Assembly (NCBI RefSeq): GCF_006345805.1
Contig: NC_043007.1
Location: 34,162,001 to 34,226,000 of the forward strand
Length of the DNA: 64,000 nucleotides
Direction: 5' to 3'
Source: Octopus sinensis
Lineage: Eukaryota
The notes under the pieces were generated by a model. The model was not told the DNA's origin. It worked only from the letters and a program-made list of their open reading frames with translations, and made no database searches. A program made the translations under genes and the position numbers. How positions within the stretch are numbered: position 1 is the stretch's first letter; the number at the start of each line of letters is the position of its first letter. Below are positions 12,028 to 24,319 of this stretch, in pieces.

Positions 12028-12530
12028 GTATGTGTGTATGTATGTATGTTTGTGTATTTGTGTGGCAAATTAACCAAGCTTGAACAGAGATCGAAGTTCG
12101 AAAGAATGGTTAATCGAGTGAATCGCAATTATGGATAATGGGTGTTGCATTTGATTTGTACTAGAAAACCTTAATGCTTCGAGAGTGAGTACAATAAACT
12201 GCCCATTCCGGTTTCGCACCATGCTGTTTCTTGCACTGTCTAACTTATATAAATATAGAATGTTTTTTTTTTAATCTTTTGTCTAGGTCATTGGACTATA
12301 GCAATACTGAGACGCCATTTTGAAGGATTTCGTCGGAAAACAAATCGTTCATAGTACTTATTTTAAAATCTCGGATTTTTTCTATCGGTCTTTTTTTTTA
12401 CTGAACCGCTATGTTACGGAGATCTAAACAAATCAAAAGCAGTTGCCAAACTGTTCGGGTGTCGGTGGGGGCGGAACTCGCACACATACATACATACATA
12501 CAAACATACAAACATACAAACATACAAACA

Positions 12531-12658
12531 TTCCGCCTTGGTCGACTTTGCCTTTCATCATTTCGGGGTCGATAAATTAAGTACCAGTTGTGTGCTAGGG
12601 TCGATCTAATCGACTGGCCCCCGCCCAAAAATGTCGGGCCTTGTGCCAAGAGTTCAAA
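12531..12658 (+). mobile_element. SINE family A fragment
   Basis: gtcgactttgcctttcatcatttcggggtcgataaattaagtacc plus the alternative tail. Confidence 0.8.
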
Positions 12659-12781
12659 GTGATGTATACAAACATAAAAACATACAAACATACATACATA
12701 ACGCATGCATACATACATATATGCATACACGCATATAGACAAATATATATGCATGCATGCATGCATGCATACATACATACA

Positions 12782-12815
<34 letters not shown>

Positions 12816-13324
12816 CATATATACATAGACGCATACATATCGTAACCTTGAAACGTTAAAGATATTCCAATTTTCCTGAACGCCAAACAGCTTTCTTCTG
12901 CATGTTTTAACTTCGTTACTATGGAAACAGTCTGGACACTTATTGCGCAGACTATCTTTATAAATAATTTCGAGTATAATCAGCAGAAATTGCGAGGATA
13001 ATCTGGTGCTTGACTGAAGAAAGAAAACTTCGAATGAACCGTCCTTGTTTTCTTTGTATCGTCTATCTAGATGTTTTGTTAATCTATTTTTGTATCACCT
13101 AGCTGGTCCCTGATGTTTTGCGTTCCTTGTCTCATTTTGTATTATATATATATATAATACATATGTATATATATATATATAATACATACGTATTTTATAT
13201 ATATATATATATATGATATATATATATATATATATATATAATATACATAGTTAGATATATATATTGTTAGAGAGATAGATAGATCCTAATGTATATATAT
13301 ATATCTATATATATTATATATAAT

Positions 13325-13872
13325 ATCACTCTTGATCACCTTGACCGACCATTCCGTCAGGCGTCCATTTGACACCGCTGGTCACAGCACGCTGTCCACT
13401 CCTCTCTGGATCGCCCATCTATACTTGCTGCGTGTATACTCTGCGATGACATCTCTCACGCCGGACTTCTTTCTGATGATCTTGCTACTTATGTGCTCTC
13501 TCAACGAGATACCAAGCATTGACCTTTCCATGGCTCTTTGAGCCGTTACCAGTCTTTGCTCTTCTCTCTTTGTGGTAGCCCATGTTTCACTACCATATAA
13601 CATTGCAGGCAGAACTGCACTGTTAATGAGGTTGGCGCGGGTGGTCCTGTCCAACCTTCTCTTGAGCACATCCCTTATGCGAAACCAACGCAGTGCTGAA
13701 CTCGCTGCAAAGGCAAGGAATCGAAGCGCAATATGTGCAGCTGCTCAGAGACGCAAATTCCGGATGCACCACCGGCATAGCTCTACTGTCATCACCCATA
13801 CGAGTGCCGGTCGAGAAGGAGTGAAGCAAGGAGATACAATCTCCCCAAAACTTTTCACTGCATGTCTCGAAC
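13325..13872 (-). mobile_element. RTE-clade LINE copy: 3' end on minus strand plus an inverted RT fragment on plus strand
   Basis: Minus: NSAVLPAMLYGSETWATTKREEQRLVTAQRAMERSMLGISL (RTE C-terminus) then 3' UTR. Plus 13680-13870: ETNAVLNSLQRQGIEAQYVQLL...GVKQGDTISPKLFTACLE, with one frameshift. Confidence 0.9.
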
Positions 13873-13888
13873 AGATATATAATATATA

Positions 13889-13945
<57 letters not shown>

Positions 13946-14134
13946 GTGTGGTTGTGTGTGAGATGTGGGAGTGTGAGGTGTAAGATGTGGGAGTGTGGGG
14001 GGTGTATATGTACGTGTATATATGTAGGTGTGTTTGGTAGAAAACGTTAGCGAACAGACGAGGAAAAACAGTGTGTATCAGGTTGACGCTATTGCTACTT
14101 GCTCCCTCTTTAACATGTCTCTCTCTCTCTCTCT

Positions 14135-14520
14135 CTTTCTTTACTCTTTTACTTGTTTCATTCATCTTGACTGTGGCCATGCTGGGGCACCGCCTCTAGT
14201 CGAGCAAATCGACCCCAGGACTTATTTTTCTAAGCCTAGTACTTATTCTATCGGTTTCTTTTGACGAACCGCTAAGTTACGGTTGTGAAGCGATATTAGG
14301 GGACAAACACAGGCACACAACCATCCACACACCCACACACCCACACACATATATATATATATACGAAGGGCTTTCATTTTCCGTCTACCACATCACTCAC
14401 AAGGCATTGGTCGGCCCGAGGCTATAGTAGAAGACACCTGTCCAAGATGCCACGCAGTGGGACTGAAACAGGAATTATGTGGTTGGTAAGGAAGCTATTT
14501 ACCACAGAGCCACTCCTAAA
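14135..14520 (-). mobile_element. SINE family B
   Basis: Reverse complement of the family B head and tail. Confidence 0.85.
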
Positions 14521-14659
14521 TTAGAATCATAATTTCATAAATACCGGACTTTACCTGAAAAAAACAAAATAAAATTTTAAACTTGAAATCACGTTATTTG
14601 AACTAACTTATGGTCATTCAAGTATGTTTCTTATTTTTCAGAAAGCAGAAAATTTTATT

Positions 14660-15135
14660 TTCTACTCTAGGTACAAGACCTGAAATCTTGGGGGAAGGGG
14701 CAAGTCGATTAGATCGACTCCAGTTTGCAACTGGTACTGAATTTATCGGCGGAATTTGAACTCAGAACATAAAGACAGAAGAAATACCGCTAAGCATTTC
14801 GCCCGGCGTGCTAATGGTCCTGGCAGGTCTCCGACTTGAGAAATTATAAAATATTGACAGTCCTGTTAGCCTATAACCAGTAGCTTTTCTACCTTCTGAG
14901 TAGCTGCTGCAGGTCAGATATACATCCATTTCTACTCTAGGCACAAGAGCCAAAATTTTGAGGGAGGGGCCAGTAGATTAGATCAACCCCAGTACGCAAC
15001 TAGTACTTAAATTATCGACCCCGAAAGGATGAAAGGCAAAGTCAACCTCGACGGAGTTTGAACTCAGAACGTTAAGACAGACGAAATACCGCTAAGCATT
15101 TCGCCCGGCGTGCTAACGCCTCTGCCAAGCTCGCC
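14660..15135 (-). mobile_element. Two SINE family A copies (~14660-14815, ~14925-15135)
   Basis: ggaatttgaactcagaac...gcatttcgcccggcgtgctaa occurs twice. Confidence 0.85.
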
Positions 15136-15617
15136 AGATATATATCACTTAGCTAATAACTAGATTGTGGCAGTTGTGTTTCGACTTCGAAATGAACATG
15201 ACCTATATCTTAGACGATACCATTAGGTTGTTGTTACAATTACTCTTCCTTTCTTTTCCAAATACTTTACTAAACGAGCTCCTTCAAACAGTTAATTAGA
15301 TTTTGAATAATGAAAGCTGGTTAGGCCTTATGCGTGCAAACAATTCTTAGTCAATATTTTCTTGACAATTATATTAAACTTAATATATTCTCACTACATT
15401 ATAAGCCGATAGTTAATAGGATCATTAGCAGTGCCAGATAGAATACAATCGACGCAAGTTCTATTAAGCTTTGAATTCACACTTAGTGATGGCGAATTTA
15501 CCTCTCACGCTTCCTGTGGTCGATAATAGTTCGTTACTGACGTCGATCTAATAGCGTGTCGTATCCCTTTGATGTGTACCCTTGCACGTGTGTCAGAAAC
15601 AATGCCTTTCTTGTATT

Positions 15618-15927
15618 TAAGATTGGTGTGTTTACGGGGACGTAAACACACCAGCATCGGTTTTCAAGCGATGTTGGGGGAACAAACGCAGACACACAAA
15701 CATACAAACACACTGACACATACACACACAGACACACACACACACACATATATATATACATATATACGACGGGCTTCTTTCAGTTTCTGTCTACCAAATC
15801 CACTCACAAGGCTTTAGTCGGGTCGAGGCTATAGTAGAAGACACTTGCCCAAGATGCCACGCAATGGGACTGAACCAGGAACCATGTGGTTGGTAAGCAG
15901 GCTACTTACCACACAGCCACTCCTACG

Positions 15928-15930
<3 letters not shown>
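15618..15930 (-). mobile_element. SINE family B
   Basis: cgacgggcttctttcagtttc...accacacagccactcctacgcc. Confidence 0.85.
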
Positions 15931-15983
<53 letters not shown>

Positions 15984-16061
15984 ATATATATTATATATAT
16001 ATATATTATAATTATATATATAAAATGAAAGAATGGAGTTGAACGACGATTTAACAAAATT

Positions 16062-16148
16062 CCTTTATTCTCGACATATGTTTCGAAGGCTGCATATTCC
16101 TATTTCGAAGGAATAAGGGGTGCATTATGCCGCCTTCTCATCAGGAAC
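16062..16148 (-). ncRNA. Mirror hammerhead copy with intact palindromic stem III
   Basis: CUGAUGA-GAAGGC..GCCUUC-GAA-ACAUAUGU-C. Stem I is shortened by a deletion relative to the other arm. Confidence 0.7.
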
Positions 16149-16210
16149 TTATGTCAGCTGAAAAAAAAGTCATCTAAGAGTTTATGTTCATCTTGATGCT
16201 GACATAAGTT

Positions 16211-16304
16211 CCTTGTTTTTCCTGATGAGAAGGCGGCATAATGCACCCCTTATTCCTTCGAATTAGGAATATGCAGCCTTCGAAAAATATGTCGAGAAGA
16301 AAGG
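16211..16304 (+). ncRNA. Candidate type I hammerhead ribozyme with extended stem II
   Basis: CUGAUGA 16222-16228; stem II GAAGGC/GCCUUC around a 41-nt insert; GAAA 16282-16285; GUC 16291-16293; stem I ccttgtttttc/gagaagaaagg (10 of 11 pairs). C15.2 reads A in this copy. Confidence 0.7.
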
Positions 16305-16495
16305 AATTTTGTTAAATCGTCGTTCAACTCCATTCTTTCATTTATTTGTATTAAAAAAAACACACAAATTTCCACGCGAAAGAACGTGATCTCTGCCCTT
16401 GGCATGTAGCTTTAACCATCTTTTTCTGACGTGAATTTTCTACCCAGGTATCGGTTAACCGAATTATCCATACTAAGATAATTCATTCAACTACT

Positions 16496-16535
<40 letters not shown>

Positions 16536-17225
16536 TATATGTATGTATATATACGCACACACACAAATATATGCACATGCACATATCTAACATATGCTTA
16601 TAACCATATAGAATCTTTATAAACATATGACGACTGTTTGTCAAAATATACATATGGGATGCAGAATAATGAGAGAATCATATACTTTCGGCAATAAACT
16701 ACGCCCCATTACGTGTTGAGTTGGTGTAGGGTTTAACCTACAAAAATTCATTCATGTAATACGGTTGATCTCACCAATCATTCCTTACCCCTAAGTTGTG
16801 ACCTTGCAGCTTGTATTAGGAATAAATATTCTCTTTGTAATTATTGTTTTCACAAATATATTACATATTTTCTTAATAAAGAACTGATTCAGAGAAGAAC
16901 AGTTAGGTAATATACGTTGGGGGTCGTTAACTGATTTAGTTACGGTAGCTAGGCGTTGATATCAAATTCCCTTGTGGTCTACTTCACTTACATACTTCCT
17001 GGTTTGATAAAATAAATTCCAAGTTCTGGTCTGGATTTAATTGAAGATACATCTCGTTAGATCTGTAATGTTTTCGCATATAGGACTTGCCTGACGACCC
17101 AGTAAGCGCTTAGGCAATACACAAACACAGAATAGATAGAGAGTAGCTTCACCAACTTGAAAATATTGTTGAAAGTTTCTATGGCGTCAAGTACTACTTG
17201 TTGTGAAAGTCAAAACGAAACGGAT

Positions 17226-17600
17226 ATAGGCGTGGCTGTGTGGTAAGAAGTTTGCTTCTCAACCACATAGTTCTGGGTTCATTTCCACTGCGTAGTACCT
17301 TGGGCTTGTGTTTTCTACTGTAGCCTCGAACGTGTGAGTGGATTTGGTAGACAGAAACTGAAAGAAACCCGTTTTATACACACACACACATATATATTTC
17401 TTTACTGCCCGCAAGGGGCTAAACATAGAGGGGACAAACGGATTAAATCGATTAGATCGACCCCAGCGCGAAACTGGTACTTTATTTATCGACCCCGAAA
17501 GGATGAAAGGCAAAGTCGACCTCGGCGGAATTTGAACTCAGAACGTAACGACAGACGAAAGACCGCTAGGCATTTCGTCCGGCGCGCTAACGTTTCTGCC
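17226..17600. mobile_element. SINE B head (+, ~17226-17395) abutting SINE A (-, ~17400-17600)
   Basis: Family motifs in opposite orientations. Confidence 0.8.
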
Positions 17601-17816
17601 AGCACTACTATATATATATAGTAGTGCTAAAACCAGTTTCAAGGTCTCGGTCCGTTTTATTTATCCCATTTTATGAAGAAAATTTTGATGATTTTCTTCC
17701 ATCTTCTGCATCCGTCAAGATGAATAACTTGTGTAGAGAGAAGGAACAGTAAATTATTTCCCGATACTCGTAATATCAAAATCTGGCGTGTGTGGAACGT
17801 CCTCACCACACACAGA

Positions 17817-18203
17817 TGGATGGAAGCACTCCGTCGGTTACGACGACGAGGGTTCCGGTTGATCCGATCAACGGAACAGCCTGCTCGTGAAATTAACGTG
17901 CAAGTGGCTGAGCACTCCACAGACACGTGTACCCTTAACGTAGTTCTCGGGGATATTCAGCGTGACACAGAGGGTGACAAGGCCGGCCCTTTGATATACA
18001 TGTACAACAGAAACAGGAAATAAGAGTGAGAGAAAGTTGTGGTGAAAGAGTACAGCAGGGATCACCACCATCCCTGCCGGAGCCTCGTGGAGCTTTAGGT
18101 ATTTTCGCTCAATAAACACTCACAACGCCCGGTCTGGGAATCGAAACCGCGATCCTACGACCGCGAGTCCGCTGCCCTAACCACTGGGCCATTGTGCCTC
18201 CAC
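17817..18203 (-). mobile_element. tRNA-derived SINE family C, tail a
   Basis: Minus-strand head ggaggcacaatggcccagtggttagggcagcgg...gcggtttcgattccc; tail ...accgacggagtgcttccatcc. Near-identical to 22068-22458. Confidence 0.9.
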
Positions 18204-19089
18204 AACACATAGATACATATACATACAGTATCGAACTTCAGATGAAATGGACGTGTGTGTGTGAGAGAGAGTGAAGGGCTGTGTTGCCATGCATATGTAC
18301 ATACATAAATAAATAAGCATACATCTTTTTTGTATGCATATGAACGTGTGTGTGTGTGGGAGAGAGAGAGAGAATGAGTGCCACTTAGACATCCGTCTCT
18401 CTCTGTCACACACATACATGGGCAAACATACATACAAAATGGTGTATGCATGTATATTCATGCATGTGTGTATACATGACAATATCCCTTTTCACTCATT
18501 CTCTCTCTCACACACATACATAAATGTATACAAGCGTGCATAGAAAAACACACGTTTGCCTGTGTGACTGACTACAAATACATAGAGCCGAACACAGCGC
18601 ACAAAAAAGGTAGATAAATAAAAAAATTCTTACGGAAATTAACGAAGCGTGCGAGTTCAAGCGAAGGAATGCCCATGTTTTTTGGGACGCCCCATGTTGA
18701 ATTGCAAAGATTTAATGTGCTATTTGTGTAATAAGGAAATGGAACCTTGAGTGTGTGTGTGTGTGTGTGTGCGTGTGTGTGAGGGATAGAGAGAGAGGTT
18801 GGGAAGAGAACATTGCTAAAAACGAATGAGATAAACATGAAATGAAAAAATCGTATTAATAAAAGCACATTAAAAACTATCTTGTACCGAATATTTAAAT
18901 TTTTCACCTTCGTAAATAGTTCTTACCATAATTTATCGCAGTTGTTTACAAATAGCGAATTAAACCTTCAAATGAAAACATTAAGATACAGAATGAGTGA
19001 TTCGCCGTTTTTGCGTCAATACCGGAAGTTGACATTGAGAAACCTTTTTAAAGAAGTGAATCATAAATATAAAGCAATATTATTTTTTT

Positions 19090-19240
19090 TTAGTAAAAGA
19101 AATAAACTGATCATCCGGTTAGGTATCCGAGGCCAAATTATTCATGCATCCCAATTAAGGAAGCAATCCGTGCAGCCGTTTTCGCGTGAAAAGCGATTAC
19201 ACACACACATACACATACACACACATGCACGGGTCTATGT
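19090..19240 (+). mobile_element. Possible non-autonomous Helitron-like 3' fragment
   Basis: aatccgtgcagccgttttcgcgtgaaaagcg followed by (CA)n resembles Lep1-type Helitron ends (recall only). Confidence 0.35.
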
Positions 19241-19246
19241 TATATA

Positions 19247-19502
19247 TTGGATTGGTGCATAATTATTGCGGCTTTATTTTTTTTCAACAAATTTTATTAA
19301 ACAAAAACTATAGTAATATGTAACAAAAACATCTTTAAATGACGGTCTGTCAGTCTGCCAAGCAACTGGGAAGCAGTAATTGAAGTAGACGATGAATATA
19401 CTCCGAAATAATCATTTAAAGATGTTTTTGTTACATGTTGTTATTGTTTTTCTTGAATAAAATTTGTTGAAAAAAAGCTGCAATAATTACGCACCAACCC
19501 AA
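19247..19502. mobile_element. Mariner-derived MITE
   Basis: TIR ttggattggtgcataattattgcgg vs ctgcaataattacgcaccaacccaa; TA on the left. The interior encodes SLPSNWEAVIEVDDEYTPK*, resembling a mariner C-terminus. Confidence 0.75.
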
Positions 19503-19821
19503 CACTAAGGGATAACAACGGACTTCTTTCAATGTCTGTCTTCTAAATCCATTAATAAGGCTTTGGTCGACTCGGGATATAATAGTATAATATAAGACAC
19601 CTATCCAATGGTCCGCGCAGTGTTCTCAAATTTCAGAATCATATTTTATTTTATTCGGGTATAAGTGTAGGGAAACATTCTATATTGTTGTTTTTTTCTG
19701 CAAATGACTAGAACATTCATAACACCCAGTTTTTCATTTATAAAATTAAAGAAATATTATGTTATATATTGCAGTATGTCTAATTCTGCGAGTCTGATGT
19801 TTTTACAGTTTCGCTTAATAA

Positions 19822-20077
19822 AGGGGTAAAGACCCCCTTCGGTCATGAATGACCATGGGATTGCACCTAGAAAGTTACCCTCCTAGACACAAGTCCGGGC
19901 AAGGTTGTTTATGGAAGACCAGCAGTCGCCCATGCATACCATCTTCCCCTCTCCACGCCACCAGTGTTATCCAAGGGAAAGACAAAGGTCGATACAGCTT
20001 GGCACCAGTGACGTCGCAACTCATTTCTACAGCTGAGTGAACTGGAGCAACGTGAAATAAAGTGCCTTGCTCAAGAC
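19822..20077 (-). mobile_element. 5'-truncated SINE with CORE-like segment and tail d
   Basis: Minus strand cttgagcaaggcactttatttcacgttgctccagttcactcagctg matches 55128-55180; the tail differs and ends gaccgaagggggtcttt. Confidence 0.75.
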
Positions 20078-20547
20078 GCTTAATATAGTTTACTTTATCA
20101 TATTGTTTATATCTAGCACACCTACAGCAAACAGCAGACGACGAACATTGCCTCACACAATTTACTTTGATAGCTTTTGATTATTTATTATCTCCGCCTT
20201 AGCGAAGTAGGAGGTATTGCTTTCAGTCATGTTCGTTTGTTTGCCGTGGAGAAGATATCTCAAGCACCATTGGATGGATCCGGATGAAAATTTCTTGGGT
20301 ACGTTGCCTCGTGACTGGCAGGAACTGATTCGAATTTGGGATGGATTCGGTACCGGACAAGGATTCTGGATTATTTTTCCTGTTTATTATTTTTTTTACT
20401 TAATTTTTGAAAGCGGCCATGTTCATTTATTTTCGTTTGTGAGAGCTGTAAAGTTTATTTCAGAGATTCTCATTTTAAAAACTATTTCTAGCTAATCAGT
20501 GAGAGGACAATGGTGTTGCCTTGGCGGAGGTGTGCGCTCTCTGGGTG

Positions 20548-20965
20548 CTATTACTCTCTTTTTACTCTTTTACTCTTTTACTTGTTTCAGTCATTTGACT
20601 GCGGCCATGCTGGAGCACCACCTTTAATCGAGCAACTCGACCCCGGTACTTATTCTTTTGTAAGCCCAGTACTTATTCTATCGGTCTCTTTTGCCGAACC
20701 GCTAAGTAACGGGGACATAAACACACCAGCATCGGTTGTCAAGCAATGCTAGAGGGACAAACACAGACACACACACGCATATATATATATATACATATAT
20801 ACGACGGGCTTCTTTCAGTTTCCGTCTACCAAATCCACTCACAAGGCTTTGGTCGGCCCGAGGCTATAGTAGAAGACACTTGCCCAAGGTGCCACGCAGT
20901 GGGACTGAACCCGGAACCATATGGTTGGTAAACAAGCTACTTACCACACAGCCACTCCTGCGCTT
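20548..20965 (-). mobile_element. SINE family B, full length
   Basis: Complete head, internal microsatellite and (tactcttt)n tail. Confidence 0.9.
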
Positions 20966-21562
20966 CATTTTATTTTTATTTGTCTAAATTTATTTACTTA
21001 TTTTCGGTGACAGAAATATACTTGTGAGTTATTTAAGCTTCTTCTTCTTCAAATACATCACCAAATCTTTGTAGGAAAACTGGTCATTTAAAGTGCCGAC
21101 TGAACTTTTAGTGACATTTTTCTGGACAACCCAATATTTGACCATGGTTGACATGTAAATTTGGCATACATGACTGCCCATGTATGGACTATACTCATCC
21201 TTCATCTCTTGAAACGGTAGCTTCCTAACGGATCAGAATATCGACGCATATGTTGATAGAACTCATTACGTTTATTATTCTATCAATTCCGAATATCTTA
21301 CGTTGTTGTCCCCTAGATACTCTTCCTTCAGTACATCAGGGACTTAACGCCTAACAACAAGGAAGTCTGATCAAACACTGCAAAAGCAATCTATCCCACG
21401 ATCTAATGAATCTAACACTTAGCTACCCACGGAATATATTAAGAATATTCAAAGTCTGTTTGATTTCTAAATTTGAAACTATGTCACATTTTCTGATGGC
21501 AGGGAGGGTATACAGTCGATTAATTGGACTCCAGCAATAAAGAAATAATCATTTAATTGCTT

Positions 21563-21790
21563 GAAGGCGGCGAACTGGCAGAAAGGTTAGCATGCCGGGC
21601 GAAATGCGTAGCCGTATTTCGTCAGCCGTTACGTTCTGAGTTCAAATTCCGCCGAGGTCGACTTTGCCTTTCATCCTTTCGGAGTCGATTAAATAAGTAC
21701 TGGGGTCGATATAATCGAGTTAATCCGTTTTTTTGTCCTTGTTTGTCCTCTCTGTGTTAAGCCCGTTGTGGGTAGTAAAGAAATAAGTAT
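21563..21790 (+). mobile_element. SINE family A
   Basis: gaaggcggcgaactggcagaaagg...gtagtaaagaaata. Confidence 0.9.
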
Positions 21791-22067
21791 TTCTCAACTT
21801 TATTTAACGACCCCGTGCAGAGGAAAAGCAAATATCCCTGCAGGTAGGATTCGAAGTCACGTCGTGCAGGACCATAACTGTATAATGTGAGGCATTTATG
21901 TCACTTTATAAAGAATCAATTTATCACCGCCATAACTTTAGGAGCTGTTGAGACGAAGCTAAGAGCGATACCCTATGTAGTCACTGATTTATTAAATATA
22001 GTAGGCAAATTTTCTCTTAACCAAACTGTATCTTCTTAAAACAAAGACCTGAATAGTGTAGTCTAGT

Positions 22068-22458
22068 GTACTGGGATGGAAGCACTCCGTCGGTTACGAC
22101 AACGAGGGTTCCGGTTGATCCGAATCAACGGAACAGCCTGCTCGTGAAATTAACGTGTAAGTGGCTGAGCACTCCACAGACACGTGTACCCTTAACGTAG
22201 TTCTCGGGGATATTCAGCGTGACACAAAGAGTGACAAGGCCGGCCCTTTGATATACAGGTACAACAGAAACAGGAAGTAAGAACGAGAGAAAGTTGTGGT
22301 GAAAGAGTACAGCAGGGATCACCACCATCCCTGCCGGAGCCTCGTGGAGCTTTTAGGTGTTTTCGCTCAATAAACACTCACAACGCCCGGTCTGGGAATC
22401 GAAACCGCGATCCTACGACCGCGAGTCCGCTGCCCTAACCATTGGGCCATGACGCCAC
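22068..22458 (-). mobile_element. SINE family C, tail a
   Basis: Near-identical to 17817-18203. Confidence 0.9.
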
Positions 22459-22863
22459 AATCTTAGGGAAAGATGGTTTAGTCATAGATCTGTACGATTC
22501 AGAAATGACATGAAGAACAAGAAAGAAAACTGCAGTAGCAATGTTAACACGAGCAGTAGCAATGTTAACACTCCATTTCAGTCAGATATAGAGATGGAAA
22601 TATAAATAACATTATTAAATCTTATTGTCGGATAATATTAATGATTACTAAGTCTAAGCGAAAGGAAATACATTGGCAAAATATATTGAATTTAATCACT
22701 CAATTTCCCAGAATTTCTAGTGCTATACACAGTAGACATTGCGTCTACGCGAGGAAGAGAATTAACATAACAATGAAAATTATTAAAAGCTTCTTCTTAC
22801 AGTTCGTTTCTAATATGTAAACATGATGTTTGTCTCTACACATAACACAACACTGTGTTGGTC

Positions 22864-22916
<53 letters not shown>

Positions 22917-23172
22917 TATATCTATAATATATATACTATCCCACACACTTGTATATATACACATACACACACACTCATTATATCTTATATACATAATATA
23001 TATATACACACATATATATATATACCATGCATATAATATATACATATATATATATATATGTGTGTGTTGCTATTGTTATTATTATTATCCAAGGTAATAT
23101 AAATAGCTGATTATAACAAACAACAACAACAATTTATATATATATATCTATATCTATCTATATATATATACA

Positions 23173-23211
<39 letters not shown>

Positions 23212-23599
23212 CACACATATGTATGTATGTATGTATATATATATATATGCTCACATACAGACACAGACACATACTCACACACAAACACACACAAACACAC
23301 ATACGCACACACACACGTATGTATATTGGAATTAGTTTTGAGAGAACGTGTAAAGCTATAAATAGCACCATCTAAATAATAGATTGAAAAACCGTTTGGG
23401 TCAGAAAAAATCGAAGGTTAACTTCGAATTCTTCCTATTTTAAAAGGTTAAAAACCTAGCTTTTACATACTATTTTATAACGTATACATATGAGTTTCGA
23501 GAACCAATTCTCATAAACATTATTTCAAGATCTCTTGAAAGTTGAAAAAATACTTATACTGTGACCATTATATATATATATATATATATAATATATATA

Positions 23600-23642
<43 letters not shown>

Positions 23643-23813
23643 AGGTGATAATGTCAGTAAGACCCAAAGGTGTTATTTTCTCACACCGTCACCGATGAAT
23701 GGATATAGTATATATCCTGGAACACTGTAAGACCTTCTATTTTTAAGTGTCTCAAATCTTCACAGACTTGGTTTTTTTATCTCATTCTGAAAAACACACA
23801 CATATATATTATA

Positions 23814-23849
<36 letters not shown>

Positions 23850-23869
23850 AATCAAACGGGAAACAAAAA

Positions 23870-24040
23870 AAACAACAATGGAACAATTACAGTATTATTA
23901 TTAATAGGCGCTCAGGAAATGGAAGCAGGAGTATGACGTTTCGAGCGGAGCTCTTCGTCGGAAACATAAAGAAGGAAGAGAGAGGAAGAAGATCCCAGAG
24001 CGGGCAACAGGAAAGAGAAAAAATATACATTCTGTTATTC
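23870..24040 (-). mobile_element. Penelope-like terminal repeat fragment with hammerhead-like motif at 23931-23965
   Basis: Minus: gttt-CCGACGA-A-GAGC-ucc-GCUC-GAA-ACGU-C. Related copies at ~25318-25525 (+) and ~50200-50360 (-). Confidence 0.55.
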
Positions 24041-24226
24041 TGTTACTTGTTCAGAACTGCGGACATGGTTTTAGTTGAAGAAATTGGCCCCAGCCCAATT
24101 CTTTGTAAGCCTAGTACTTATTCTATCAGTATATTTTGCCGAACTTCTAAGTTACGTGGACGTGAACATACCAGCATCGGTTGTCAAGCGATGATGGAAG
24201 GCAAACACAAACACAAACACACAGAG

Positions 24227-24319
<93 letters not shown>

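Larger units (their letters stand above)
16021..16345. mobile_element. Inverted repeat (~140-bp arms), probable Penelope-like terminus with two hammerheads
   Basis: 16021-16158 mirrors 16198-16345 around a ~39-nt spacer. Confidence 0.75.

Noticed and set aside
13010-13050. ctgaagaaagaaaacttcgaatg motif
   Set aside because: No A15.1-U16.1 pair and no stem I.
19840-19935. HDV-like ribozyme in SINE tail d (minus strand, gggcga/ttgccc followed by gg)
   Set aside because: P1 and P3 can be drawn, but L3 is too long and no P2 partner lies in the right position.
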